From the NCBI RefSeq assembly GCF_009914755.1, contig NC_060933.1: a DNA stretch of 64,000 nt. One strand, 5' to 3'. The position numbers and the translations under genes were made by a program. This DNA is from the human T2T-CHM13v2.0 reference genome, Homo sapiens. Shown piece after piece: positions 13,095-28,220 of this stretch. The first letter of the stretch is position 1; each line of letters starts with the position of its first letter. The notes under the pieces were generated by a model that saw only the letters and a program-made list of their open reading frames with translations, searched no databases and had not been told where the DNA came from.

Positions 13095-13588
13095 GAGACA
13101 GCAAAATACCTAACATAACTAACTCCATTTTGTTTACGGGGCCTACACCCATTCTTGCACGTAGGTTGGGATGATTTTAGAGCAGAGATAATGTGCAAAA
13201 ACAGCAATCATGTAATTTTTAAAACTAACTCTGGGATTAAAGGAGAAGAATGTAAACAACTAACTAGGTTACCTTAAAGATTCATAGGAGCATTGTGACC
13301 TGACAAAGAACAAAGAATTTTTCAAATTCCTTGGTCCTGTGCTGGTGCCCAGTTGTCTGCTATTGATGGTCACCTATTTATCCTGACCCCCCTCCTCTTC
13401 TGCCTGCCCTTAACATAAAAAGAGCCTGAAATTTGTACTGCCTTAAGATGGTATTTGAAGATACTAGTCTACCGTCTTCTCAGTTTGCAGGCTTTCCTAA
13501 TGAATCTGCTTCCCCCTCAACATCTCTCTTCTCTTGAGTTTGGTTTTCGAGAGATGAGCAGCTGAACCTGGGTTCCTTTTCACTAACA
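13095..13588 (+). mobile_element. ERV1-class solo LTR
   Basis: aactccattttgttt, aaaactaactctgggattaaagg, TATA-like cataaaaagagc, ends gctgaacctgggttc...taaca; subfamily not determined. Confidence 0.6.
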
Positions 13589-14178
13589 AGGAGTACCTGA
13601 GGCTGAGTAATTTATAAAGAAAAAAATGTTTATTTGGCTCACAATGCTGCTGGCTGGAAGACTGGGCATCTGGTGAAAGCCTCAGGCTGCTTAGATGCTA
13701 TACAGTTTAGATGTTTGGTGGAGACAACTGAGATTTCTATAGTTTACATGTTTGCTGGGGATAAACATCTAAGCATCACAATCTTGGTCATATGAATGAT
13801 CTTTTCAGCACTCACAACTCAACCAATGGACCGAAAGAGAAAGAGGGGAAGAGATTCTTCACTGGACACAATCAGTACACAAGATTAAGTCCTGAATGGG
13901 CTGGGGATAGAAATATCCTTCTCCTTGGCAATAAGAGCAGCAGGCTGACCTGTGAGTCCTGAAGGAGGAGAAAGTCAGAGTCCATATGGCTGGGCTGTCC
14001 CAGAAATTATTAGTTGTTTTCTCTTTATTCTTAAATACACAAGAAAACTCAAGAGTAAAAAATAAATTGGCTTCTAGGAGTTTGCAGTTGATAGGTTAAT
14101 AGAGTTGTTTTAGTATATTTTTGAAGAAATCACTAATTAAATGTTATGATTTATTTTTTTAATTGGCAGACAAATCTA

Positions 14179-14562
<384 letters not shown>

Positions 14563-14914
14563 TCAATTCATTTACACTACACCCCCTGTTGCTCTGTAAA
14601 GCAATAGACAGCAACCATTTGACATTCAAAATGCATCTCAGAATCCTAGTCATCTCACTCTCCCTGCTCCATTGATTTGATGTCCTCTTCTTTACTTTCT
14701 ATGTTCATATCTATCCCCCACTTCCTTTAAAGGACCCTTCCAGAAAAGCCATTATATTGATTCTCCCTAAAGTTTTCACCTTGCACAATTGGTGTGGTCA
14801 GAATAGTTCATCCCTCCAGATTTATATTTCTCTCCAAACAGTTGTATAAAAGGGTGTAATCCAAATAGTGTTACTGAGAAGACAGAGTTAGTATTTTAAA
14901 AATATCTTAAAACA

Positions 14915-15203
14915 GCCTGGCATGGTGGCTGATGCCTGTAATCCCAGCACTTTGGAACACTGAGGCAGGATGATCGCTTGAGCCCAGGAGCACCAGACCA
15001 GGCTGGGCACATGTTGAAACCCTGTCTCTACAAAAAATTTGAAAAATTAGCCAAGCATGGTCGTGCATGCTTGTGGTCCCAGTTACTCAAGAGACTGAGG
15101 TAAAAGGACTGCTTGAGCCCAGAAGGTCAGGTTGCAGTGAACCGTGATCGCACCACTGTACTGCAGCCTAGGTGACACAGTAAGACCCTGTCTCAAAAAA
15201 GAA
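14915..15203 (+). mobile_element. AluJ element
   Basis: gatcgcttgagcccaggag diagnostics; TSD atcttaaaacag on both sides. Confidence 0.9.
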
Positions 15204-17163
15204 AATCTTAAAACAGTGGATGGTTCCTATTAGGCATGCAATAAATGTTGGTGTTATCATTTTTAATATTAGTATTATTATTATCATCATCCAGATTAAA
15301 ATAGAAACTTTTGGGATCATCCAATTCTATTTCTATTAATTCCAGGTTCCTCAAGCCTATCTTATCATTGCCTGGGTGGATTTATTAACTAGGTAGAGTC
15401 TTCAGACAAGCTTAATGTCTAACACCCTGCCAGAGAGCATTGTTGGTGTTCTAGCAACTGCAGCCTGGTTGTCAATCTTTTGGGAGTTGGTTGGTGTGAC
15501 TTCTGCCTTCTCTCCAGAGCTGATCACATGTGGATTAAGTGAAAGAAAGTCAAGTAGCTGATCTTCGAAAACTCTCTAGTCCCCAATTTTTGCTGCATTG
15601 AAGTTTGCTAACTTACACTTTGCAGTTAGTAAGGGGAAAGTCACTCCCCTTATTTCAATTTCATGACAATCAGAATTGCTTCTGTTTTCTTTCTCCCTAC
15701 AAACAACTGTCAAGTAGTACTTTCTACAAAAGTTTAAATGAGAAACAAGAAAAACACGAATTTTGGAAATTATAGAGAAAAGCAGTGTAGCTCTTTTGCC
15801 TTTCTTTTACTTTCCTTTGTTTGTGTTACTTCATCATGAATTAGAATATAATGTGGTAGCAGCAAGACAAACTGCCCAGTAAACCACTATGTTAAAAAGG
15901 TGTTCTAAAAATTCATTTGTTGTTGAGCTTTAAATTTAAAATGAAGAATCACAAATCAGTAAAGGAAAGATGGCTATGACTATTTAATGTGATAGCATGG
16001 GGCTCACTGCCCTGCACCGTCAAAGTTTCATGTAGACAGAGATGTAAGAAACTTCAACAGATCACACTGAACTAGTGAACAACTGAGGGTCGCCAGTTTC
16101 TGTAATATGAGCCTCTAAAGAGAGGCAGCAGCATCTTTGACTCTCCTGTGCATAGCTCATAAATTTTAAGCATAAAAACTGTTAATAGTTTAAAAGAATT
16201 AAAGATAGCAAAAGAGTTAAAGAAAGAATAAAAGCTGTACTTGGTGAAATAAAAATTATTTAACTACTGAAGATAAAATGATTACAATTGGATAATTCCT
16301 TTACCTACTTAGACAAAACAAACCTTTGTTATCAGCGTTCTAGGGCTGTTGAGACTTTGATACCTAGGGCATGGGTCAGAAGAAGAGGAGGTCACCACTG
16401 ACAGCATATACTCCTTCACCCAAATATTCTAGGAGCAAGGACAAAGGTCACAAAGGATTTATTGTTTTGGCAACAAAGAAGCAAGAACCTCCCTGGAAAA
16501 GGAGTTCTAAAGTCATCAGGATGTGGTGAGCCTGCATTTAGGGAGTGACTTGATGTGATAAATACCTTGTGAATCATCACTGCTGAGGAAATAACATTAT
16601 TTTAAGATTAAAATTTCCACACCCATATGCATCTTAAAAAAGAAAAAAAAACAAACCAACAGAATTTCTTTTAGGGGTATTGGCGCAGCCTGAGGAGTGC
16701 TATATTTCTCCAGTAAGAAAATAATGCAAAAAAGGCAATGTTCATTGATCTAAGCTTGAGCCCCCAGGGAAGCATAACCACATGAACCTGAATGAATATA
16801 TTCTAGAAGGAGGGAAGCACCAGAGAAGTTCTTTCACTAATAACCATCAACGTCTTCTGTGAATCAAATATCAAACAAAGATAGTCCTAAAAAGTTTAAT
16901 TTCCAGAGATAGGTAATTTCCTAACTGAATACAGAAACCCATAGGGCCCAGGGATCCTGATTTCCTATGCAAAATGGAGGGTAAAACTGGAGGCTAGGAT
17001 CTGGGCTAAAAGTATATACTTCTAACAGTAGCACAAAGATGTTTCTCATCTGATTGATCAATATTCATTTGGATTGATATATCTTAAGTTTACTGGGAAT
17101 ATTGAACATCCATTGCAAAAATCAAGAGTGTAGAGTGATGACCTCCTTTTAGGTCATATAGAA

Positions 17164-17472
17164 CAAGGTTTTTCAACCCCCATCCATGGACCGGGGTACT
17201 GGTCCTGGCCTGGTAGGAACAGGGCCGCACAGCAGGAGGCAAGCAGGCCAACCAACAAGCATTAACGCCTGAGCTCTGCCTCCTGTCAGATCAGCAGTGG
17301 CATTGGATTCTCAAAAGAGCAGGAACCCTATTGTGAAGTGCAGATGCGAAGGATCTAGGTTGTGGTCTCCTAATGAGAATCTAATGCCTCTGAAAGCATT
17401 CCCTCCCTGACCCCATTTTTCGTGGAAAAATTATCTTCCACCAAACTGGTGGCCAAAAGGTTGTGGATGCTG
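17164..17472 (+). mobile_element. MER1B hAT-Charlie element with perfect 8-bp TSD
   Basis: caagg...gagctctgcctcctgtcagatcagcagtggcattggattctc...aaaaggttgtggatgctg; TSD ATATAGAA at 17156-17163 and 17473-17480. Confidence 0.9.
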
Positions 17473-17480
17473 ATATAGAA

Positions 17481-17600
17481 GACATGTAAATGAAAACAAT
17501 AAATGGAATTAAAAATTTAGAGAAATGCTCAGAAAAATGAAAACTATTTGTGCTCCATTAAAGCCATGCATAGATAGAATGTCTTCATAGAACCTAGGAT
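17481..17600 (+). promoter_or_regulatory. Vestigial interferon-omega promoter
   Basis: GAAAAATGAAAACT IRF-like module (17532-17545), degenerate TATA (cattaaa), TSS-homologous agaacctagg at 17589. Confidence 0.6.
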
Positions 17601-17655
17601 CCAAGGTTCTATGAAGACCTCAGCTCAACCAGGCCAAAAGCATCCTGATTTCTCA

Positions 17656-18240
17656 ATGGCCCTCCTCTTCCCTCTACTGGCAGCCCTAGAGGTGTGCAGC
17701 TGTGGCTCTTCTGGATCTCTAGGATATAACCTGCCTCAGAACCATGGCCTGCTAGGCAGGAACACCTTGGTGCTTTTGGGCCAAATGAGGAGAATCTCTC
17801 CCTTCTTGTGTCTAAAGGACAGAAGTGACTTCAGATTCCCCCAGGAGAAGGTGGAAGTCAGCCAGTTGCAGAAGGCCCAGGCTATGTCTTTCCTCTATGA
17901 TGTGTTACAGCAGGTCTTCAACTTCTCACACAAAGCGCTCCTCTGCTGCATGGAACATGACCTTCCTGGACCAACTCCACACTTTACGTCATCAGCAGCT
18001 GGAACACCTGGAGACCTGCTTGGTGCAGGAGATGGGAGAAGGAGAAGCTGGGGGCAGTGGGTGATTGAGGGCTCTACACTGGCCTTGAGGAGGTATTTCC
18101 AGGAATCCATCTCTACCTGAAAGAGAAGAAATAAAGATTGTGCCTGGGAAGTTGTCAGAGTGGAAATCATGAGATCCTTTTCATCCACAAGTTTGCAAGA
18201 AAGATTGAGAAGTAAGGATGAAGACCTGGGCTCATCATGA
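17656..18240 (+). pseudogene. IFNWP19: Interferon omega pseudogene
   Basis: MALLFPLLAAL...NLPQNHGLLGRNTLVLLGQMRRISPFLCLKDRSDFRFPQE is omega-like; frameshifts near 17925, 18055, 18103 and 18135, TAA in place of the KKY tyrosine, Cys1 changed to Tyr; ends ...[12 protein letters not shown]-stop like IFNW1. Pseudogene number inferred from position. Confidence 0.9.
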
Positions 18241-19361
18241 AATGATTCTCATTGACTAATCTGCCATATCACACTTGTACATGTGACTTTGGATATTCAA
18301 AAAGCTCATTTCTGTTTCATCAGAAATTATTGAATTAGTTTTAGCAAATACTTTATTAATAGCATAAAGCAAGTTTATGTCAAAAACATTCAGCTCCTGG
18401 GGCATCCGTAACTCAGAGATAACTGCCCTGATGCTGTTTATTTATCTTCCTTCTTTTTTTTCATGCCTTGTATTTATGATATTTATATATTTTATATTTT
18501 CATCTTCACATCGTATTAAAATTTATAAAACATTCACTTTTTCATATTAAGTTTGCATTTTGTTTTATTAAATTCATATCAAAGAAAACTCTGTAAATGT
18601 TTCTATTCTAAAAACAATGTCTACTTTCTCTTTTTGTAAACCAAATTGAAAATATGGTAAAATGTATTAACTCATTCATTTCATTCCTATTATATGTATA
18701 AATTGAGTAAATGGCAAACTGTGGGGTTTTCTTAAAGAAATACAGGTGAATAAAGCAAACACAGTTTCTCTCAGTCTAAGAGGGAAAGAGACGTAAAAAC
18801 AGGACAAATATTTATATTATTTCAATTATGTTAAATGCTACAAAGAGAAGTAAAGAAAAGTGATGTTCTCACATCAGAAGCTTTAGGTATAAATGGTGCT
18901 TGGAAGGAAAAAATATTAGATATCCTTCCTAAGGTGCATGGGAGATATGTAAGTACACGTCTTATTGGCAGGTGGGAATTATGTGTCTAGAATGCCATGG
19001 GGGAAGGTGTTAATTTGGGGTTCTTTATTTTATGTCTGATTATCGGGGTACGGGAATGGATGTAGTCACATAAATAGAGGGGACAATGTGATGAGGACAT
19101 AAACTTTATCCTGCAGACCCTCAGCAGTTAAAGGAAGGGCTGAAGAGTAGAGTCTGCAAAACGCCCTGAGGCTGATAGCCAGTGCAGTTAGAAGACAAAA
19201 TAGGGAAGAATCAGGGAAAGACTAATCAGGAAAGGATGGTGGTACTTTCAGGGAAGGAAGACCAAACTATCCTAGTGAATCTGAAAACAGAAGTCACTGG
19301 TGACCTTGACCAATGATGGAATATATGGTTTAGTAGAATTAATGGAACAGAATTAATGGAA

Positions 19362-21933
<2,572 letters not shown>

Positions 21934-21939
21934 TTTTTA

Positions 21940-22297
21940 AAATGCCTCTGTGATTTTGATAGGGATTGCCTTAGATCTGTAGATCACTTTGGAGAACATG
22001 AAGATCTTAACAATGTTAAGTCTTCCAATACATGATGGATATAAATAAATGTCTTACCATTTATTTTTGTCATCTTTAATTTTTTCAGCAGTATTTGATA
22101 GTTTCCAGTGGATATGTCTTTCACCTCCTCGGTTAATTTTATTCCTGAATATTTTATGCTTTTTGATGCCATTGTAAATGAGAGTATTTTCTTAATTTCC
22201 TATTAGGATTATTCATTGTTAGTATATAGAAATACGACTGATTTTTGTTTGTTGATTTTGTATCCTGAAACTTTGCTCTATTCATTTATAAGTTATC

Positions 22298-22329
<32 letters not shown>

Positions 22330-23570
22330 ATCTTTAGAATTTTTTACATATAAGACTATGTCCTCTGCCAACAGAAATCATTTTATTTCCTCCTTTATAA
22401 TTTGGATGCTTATTATTTGTTTTTGTTGCCTAATGACTCTGGCTAGGACTTCAAATACTATGGATAAGTAGAAGTGATGAGAATGGCATCCTTACCTTTT
22501 TCCTGAGCTTAGAGGAAAACCTTTTAGGTTTTCACTATTGAGTATGATGTTAATGGAGGGATTTTCATATAATAGCCCTTATCATGTTGAGGTAATTTCC
22601 TTCTATTCCTAGTTTATTGATCCTATTTTTAAATCATGAAAGGACACTGAATTTTGTCAAATGGTTTTTCACCATCAGTTGAGGTGATCATGCTTTTCCC
22701 CCCTTCATTCTGTTTATTTAGTTTCTTACATTGATTTCTATATGTTGAACCATGTAGCCATGGTGTATAATCCTTTTAATACGCTGTTGAATTTTGTTTG
22801 CAAGTATTTTGCTGAGGGTTTTTGCCTCCATATAGACTCATAAAATTAGTTTGGAAGTGTTCTCTCCTCTATAATCTTATGGAAGAATTTGAGAAGGATC
22901 ATGCTAATTCTTTTTTGGATGTTTGGTAAAATTCTCCAGTGAAGCCATTTGGTCCTGGGCTTTTCTTTTTTCAGAGGCTTTAATTATTGATTCAGTCTCC
23001 TTATAGTTCTATTGTGATTTTTTATTTCTTTGTGATTCAGTCTTGGTAAGTGGTGTTTCTAGGAATTCATCCATTTTTTCTAGGTTATAAAATTTGTTGG
23101 AGTATACGTGTTCATAGTTGTCTCTTATGATCTTTTTTTATTTCTGTGGCATCAGTTGTAGTGTCTCCTCTTGTGTTTCTTATTTTTGTTTTATGAGTCT
23201 TCTCTCTCTCTTTTTAAAATAATCCTAGTAAGGGTCTGTCAATTTGTTGAACTTTTTTTAAAAAAACCGACTCTTAGTTTCAGTGATTTTTAAAAATTGC
23301 TCTTCTATTCTCTATTTTATTTATCTTTGCTCCAGTTTTATTATTTCCTTTCTTCTGCTAGATTTGGGTTTTGTTTGTACTTTTCTTTAGTTACTTAAGG
23401 TGCAAAGTTCTATTGTTGACTTGAACTCTTTCTTCTTTTTTTAGTGTCAGCTTTTACAGCTGTAAATTTCCCACTTAGCACTGTTTTCACTGTATTGCAT
23501 GGGTTTTGGTATATTTTCTTTTAATTTTCATTTATTAAAGATTTTCTAATTTCTATTGTGTTCCTTCTTA
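21940..23570 (-). mobile_element. Old L1M ORF2 fragment containing (TG)14 at 22302-22329
   Basis: Degenerate antisense L1 ORF2 sequence. Confidence 0.85.
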
Positions 23571-25023
23571 AATTCTAGTCTCATTTAGACACACATTGTT
23601 TTCTTTTTGTTTTCATGCATTGGGATATGAAATCAGACCACTTTTATTTTCTGGGAAAATGAAATGAGAAAGAAAGACACCGGGTGTTGCCCAACACTAT
23701 CTAGAAACAATGTACATTTCATTTGTTTTCATCATATTTACATTCCTTTATTGACATAAGCTGAAAATGAAAATGAAAAAAGTCCAGGAATGGCAAAACA
23801 AATTTGCACAGTACAATATCACATGAAAAGGGAATATACATATGACCCCAACTTGTTTCCTAGTTCACTTGGTCCAACAATCTGAGTGAACAAGGGAAAA
23901 ACATTTCATTCCCAGTGTTTGACAGACTAAGAAAAATAGCTTTGGCAGAATTATCCTGCATTCGAAAGATATGATGATTAGGTTGAACTCTAAAATCCAA
24001 TAAAAATGTGTTGACTGTATTAACTAATAAAAGTTCTTAATTTTGCAAAATATATTTTTAGAAAGAAAGCTCATTTACTATGGAAACTCTGGTCTCAATT
24101 TCAAAACTTTGAGCATTTTAATTGTTTAACAATATAAAGAGTTAAATCATTAAAAATAATGAATACTAAAATTTACTTGGTTTATTTAAAAAACGGCTCC
24201 CTTCTGGTCTCTACCCTCATATAGACATGTTGATTTTATCATGGTATCATCTAAATGTCATCAAATGACATGAAACCTAGGTTTCTGAGTGATGGAAAAT
24301 GAATTTACAGCTCACACACACACTCTGGGAAGTCGGCCTCACTTGACAAAGGCAAGAAAGGTGGAAAAATGATGATTTTGAGACACAGAACTACTACCTT
24401 CAAAAAGTAGTGTGTCTAATTACTGTGAGCTGTGTGAATCAGGGAGAGTTAGTTTAGACATGTGGCTCTATACATGACACCAGGCTGGTTAATTTCTATT
24501 ATAAAAAAGTAGAGGGCAAACTAGAGATGAAGTCATAATATAGTTTAACATAGTACTATGCAAAAGCTGAAAATTATGTTGCTCTTGCATTTGAATTCCC
24601 AGCCATATATTTCTTAAAGGAACTAGATATCTAGCACATTTGGCAATTAACTCTATAAGCATTATCGACACTCAGTAAGAGAAGAGTGGAAATATTAGCC
24701 ATTGTCTATTATAATCCTAGCAAATATGGCCTTAATGAAGGAAAATAATGTGGTCACTTATGAACACCTTTTAGTATGAGGAGGAAATCTGAGAAATTGC
24801 TTTAGTAAAAATTATTTATTGAGTACATTAGACTTGGTGCTGAGGATAATGCAGTCAATAAGACAGAGTCCAGTTACTAAAGAGCTGATTTGCCAAAGGT
24901 GGTCCCATAAATACCATACAAAGAGAAAGAATCTAGAGGACTGAGGCAGCTTAACTTCCTATGCAAAAATAAAAAAGTAAAACCAAGGCTCAGGATTAGA
25001 GCTATAAATTAATACTTCACACA

Positions 25024-25445
25024 TGATACAGTTTGGATGTGTTCCCATCCAAATCTCATGTTGAATTGTAATCCCCAGTGTTGGATGTGGGACCTAGTGG
25101 GAGGTGATTGGATTATTGGGGCTGATTTCACATTAATAGTTTAGCACCATCCTCTCAGTGCTGTCCTCGCAATAATAAGTGACTTCTCACGAGATTTAGT
25201 CACTTAAAAGTGTGCAGCACCTCCCCACTCACTCACTCTCCTGCTCTGGCCATGTGATGTGCCTGCTCCCGCTTCCCTTTTGGCCATAATCGTAAGTTTC
25301 CTGAGGCCTCCCCAGAAGCTGAGCAGACACCATCATGCTTCCTGTACAGCCTGCAGAATCATGAGCCAATTAAATCTTATTTCTTTATAAATTATCCAGT
25401 TGTGGGTATTTCTTCATAGTAGTGTGAAAACGTCCTCATACTACA
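25024..25445 (+). mobile_element. MaLR solo LTR (MST type)
   Basis: tgatacagtttggatg...caaatctcatgttgaattgtaatcccc...gagccaattaaatc. Confidence 0.88.
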
Positions 25446-25533
25446 TGATAATATTCAGTATTTATCCAGTTATAAGTTTAGGACAAATATGTGTTTTTGT
25501 TTTTGTTTAATAGAGTCAGCTTGGTCTGGAATC

Positions 25534-25887
25534 TGTATTAGTGTATTTTTACACTGCTGATAAAGATACCCGAGACTGGGTAATTTACAAAAGAAAGAGG
25601 TTTAATGGACTTACACTTCCAAGTGGCTGGGGAGGCCTCATGATCGTGGCAGAAGACAAGGAGGAGCAAGTCACATCTTACATGGATGGCAGCAGGCAGA
25701 GGGAGAGAGCTTGTGCAGGGAAACTCCACCTTATAAAGCCATCAGATCTCATGAGACTTATCCACTATCATGAGAACAGCATGGGAAAGACCTGCCCCCA
25801 TGATTCAGTTACCTCCTACTGGGTCCCTCTCACAACATGTGGGAATTCTGGATGAGATTTGAGTGGGGACACAGCCAAACTATATCA
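25534..25887 (-). mobile_element. THE1 solo LTR with 5-bp TSD
   Basis: tgtattagt...acagccaaactatatca; TSD GAATC at 25529-25533 and 25888-25892. Confidence 0.92.
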
Positions 25888-25899
25888 GAATCTATAAAC

Positions 25900-26067
25900 C
25901 CCCCTTATAAAACTATGAGACTTATTCACTATCAAGAGAACAGCACAGGAAAGACCCGCCCCCCATGATTCGATTACCTCCCACCAGTTCTCTCTCAAAA
26001 CACATGGGAATTGTGGGAGCTACAATTCAAGATGAGATTTGGATGGAGACACAGCCAAACCATTTCA
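25900..26067 (-). mobile_element. Second, partial THE1 LTR
   Basis: gagacttattcactatc...gggagctacaattcaagatgagatttgg...acagccaaaccatttca. Confidence 0.85.
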
Positions 26068-26069
26068 CC

Positions 26070-27870
26070 TTATTTATCTTTTTTGATCTTTGTTGGCTTA
26101 AAGTCCATTTTGTCTGAAATTAAAATAGCAACCCCTGCTTTTTTCTGTTTTCTGTTTGCTTGGTAGATTTTTCTTCAGCCCTTATTTTGAGCATACAGAT
26201 GGCATTCGAGATGGGTCTCTTGAAGAGACCCTACCATTGGGTCTTGCTTCTTTATCCAACTTGCCATAATGTGCCTTTTAAGTGGGGCATTTAGCCCATT
26301 TGCTTTCAAGGTTCATATTAATATATGTGGATTTCACCCTGTCATCATGCTATTAATTGATTAGAAAGCAGGCTTGTTTGTGCATTGCTTTATAGTGTCA
26401 CTGGTCTGTGTGCTTAAGTGTGCTTTTGTAGTGGCTGGCGATGTTTTTTTCCTTTCCATATTTGGCATTCTTTTCAGGACCTCTTGTAAGGCAGGTCTGG
26501 TAGTAACAAATTCCCTTGGCATTTGCTTGTCTGAAAAGAATTTTATTTCTCTTTCACTTATGAAGCCTAGTTTGGCTGGATATGAAATTCTTGGTTGGAA
26601 TTTTTTTTTCTTTAGAAATGCTACCTAAAGGTCCCTCATCTCTTCTCATTTGCAGAATTTCTGTGGAAAGGTCCACTGTTAGCCTTATGTGGTTCCCTTT
26701 GTAGATGACCTGCCCCTTCTCTCTAGCTGCCTTTCACATTTTTCTTTCATTTTGACCTTGGAGAATCTGATGATTATATATCTTGAGGATGGTGTGTAAT
26801 ATCTCGTGGGGGTTCTCTGTAATTCATGAATTTGAATGTTGGCCTCTCTAAGTGAGGTCGAGGAAGTTTTCATGGATGATATTCTGAAACATGTTTTCCA
26901 AGTTGATTGCTTTTTCCCTGTTTCTTTCAGGGATGCCAACGAGTTATAGATTTCATCTCTTGCCATAATCCCATATTTCTTGGAGGTTTTGTTTGTTCTT
27001 TTTTATTCATTTTTCTTTATTTTTGTCTGACTGAGTTATTTAGGAGAGGCAGTCTTTGAGCTCTGAGATTCTTTCCTCAGCTTGGAACTAGTGCAGTTGT
27101 TTGAAAGAAAAAAAGGAACTCTGGCTTTTTTGCTGGTTCTTTCTTGTGCTGGTTCTTTCTCATTTGTGTGGGCTGATGTTCCTTCAATCTTTGAAGTTTC
27201 TGTCCTTTTGATGGATATTTTCTTTTTTTCTTTGATGCCCTTGGGGGTTTGATTATGGTATAAGTTGGGTTTAGTTGACAGGCTTCAATATTAGTCTGCT
27301 CCTGGGTCTTGGAGGAGCCCCCCCGATTACTGCCTACATGCCTGTGCTTCTTTTTTTGGGTGTTTTGATCCGCAGGACTCCCTTAGGCAGGGCCACCATT
27401 GGCAGATATGCTGTATCCATGCCAGGTCAGCCCTAATCTGCTGTCTGTGTGCTTTCTGGGGAAACACAGGGTTACACCTGTCCACAGAGTTCAGGTGGAA
27501 GTGGGACCGCTGGGTTGGAAGTTCTAGCAGGTGTGGGCCATCTGGCTATGAGAGGTGGGGGTTGGTGGGGCTACCCTCCCTGTCATGCAGGTGTTTCCGG
27601 GGCAACAGGAACCTGTGCCGCTTTGCAAATTCAGGCAGAAATAGGACCACCAATCTAGAAGTTCTAGTGGACATGGCTTATCTGGGCTACCAGTGGCAAG
27701 GGTGGATGGGAATGCCTGCCCTGCTGTCTAGATGCTTCCTGGGAAAACAGGAGGCTGCACCCACTGTTTAAGTTCCCACAGAATTAGGAACACTGGGTCA
27801 GAAGCTCTGGCAGCTGTTGACAGCCTGAGTGCCAGTGGCCAGGGTGGGTGGGGTCACATGCTCTGTTCTC
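26070..27870 (-). mobile_element. L1 (L1PB/L1M-like) 5'UTR, ORF1 and start of ORF2
   Basis: Minus ORF 26685-26966 contains ORF1p-like REANIQIHELQRTPTRY...IIIRFSKVKMKEK; GC-richer repeated 5'UTR at 27300-27870. Confidence 0.85.
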
Positions 27871-27913
27871 CTGGTGTTTTACTTGTTTTGCTTATAAAGG
27901 GAAATGATCATTA

Positions 27914-28220
<307 letters not shown>

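Larger units (their letters stand above)
16446..18116 (-). ncRNA. MIR31HG: MIR31HG (LOC554202) lncRNA terminal exon
   Basis: Minus-strand acceptor ctttatttcttctctttcag|GTAGAGATGG (AG at 18117-18118); minus-strand AATAAA at 16458-16463. Identity rests on locus knowledge; the 3' cleavage position is approximate. Confidence 0.8.

Noticed and set aside
25725-26067. Apparent tandem duplication within THE1
   Set aside because: The first LTR has its own GAATC TSD and the second differs in diagnostic sequence, so these are independent LTRs.
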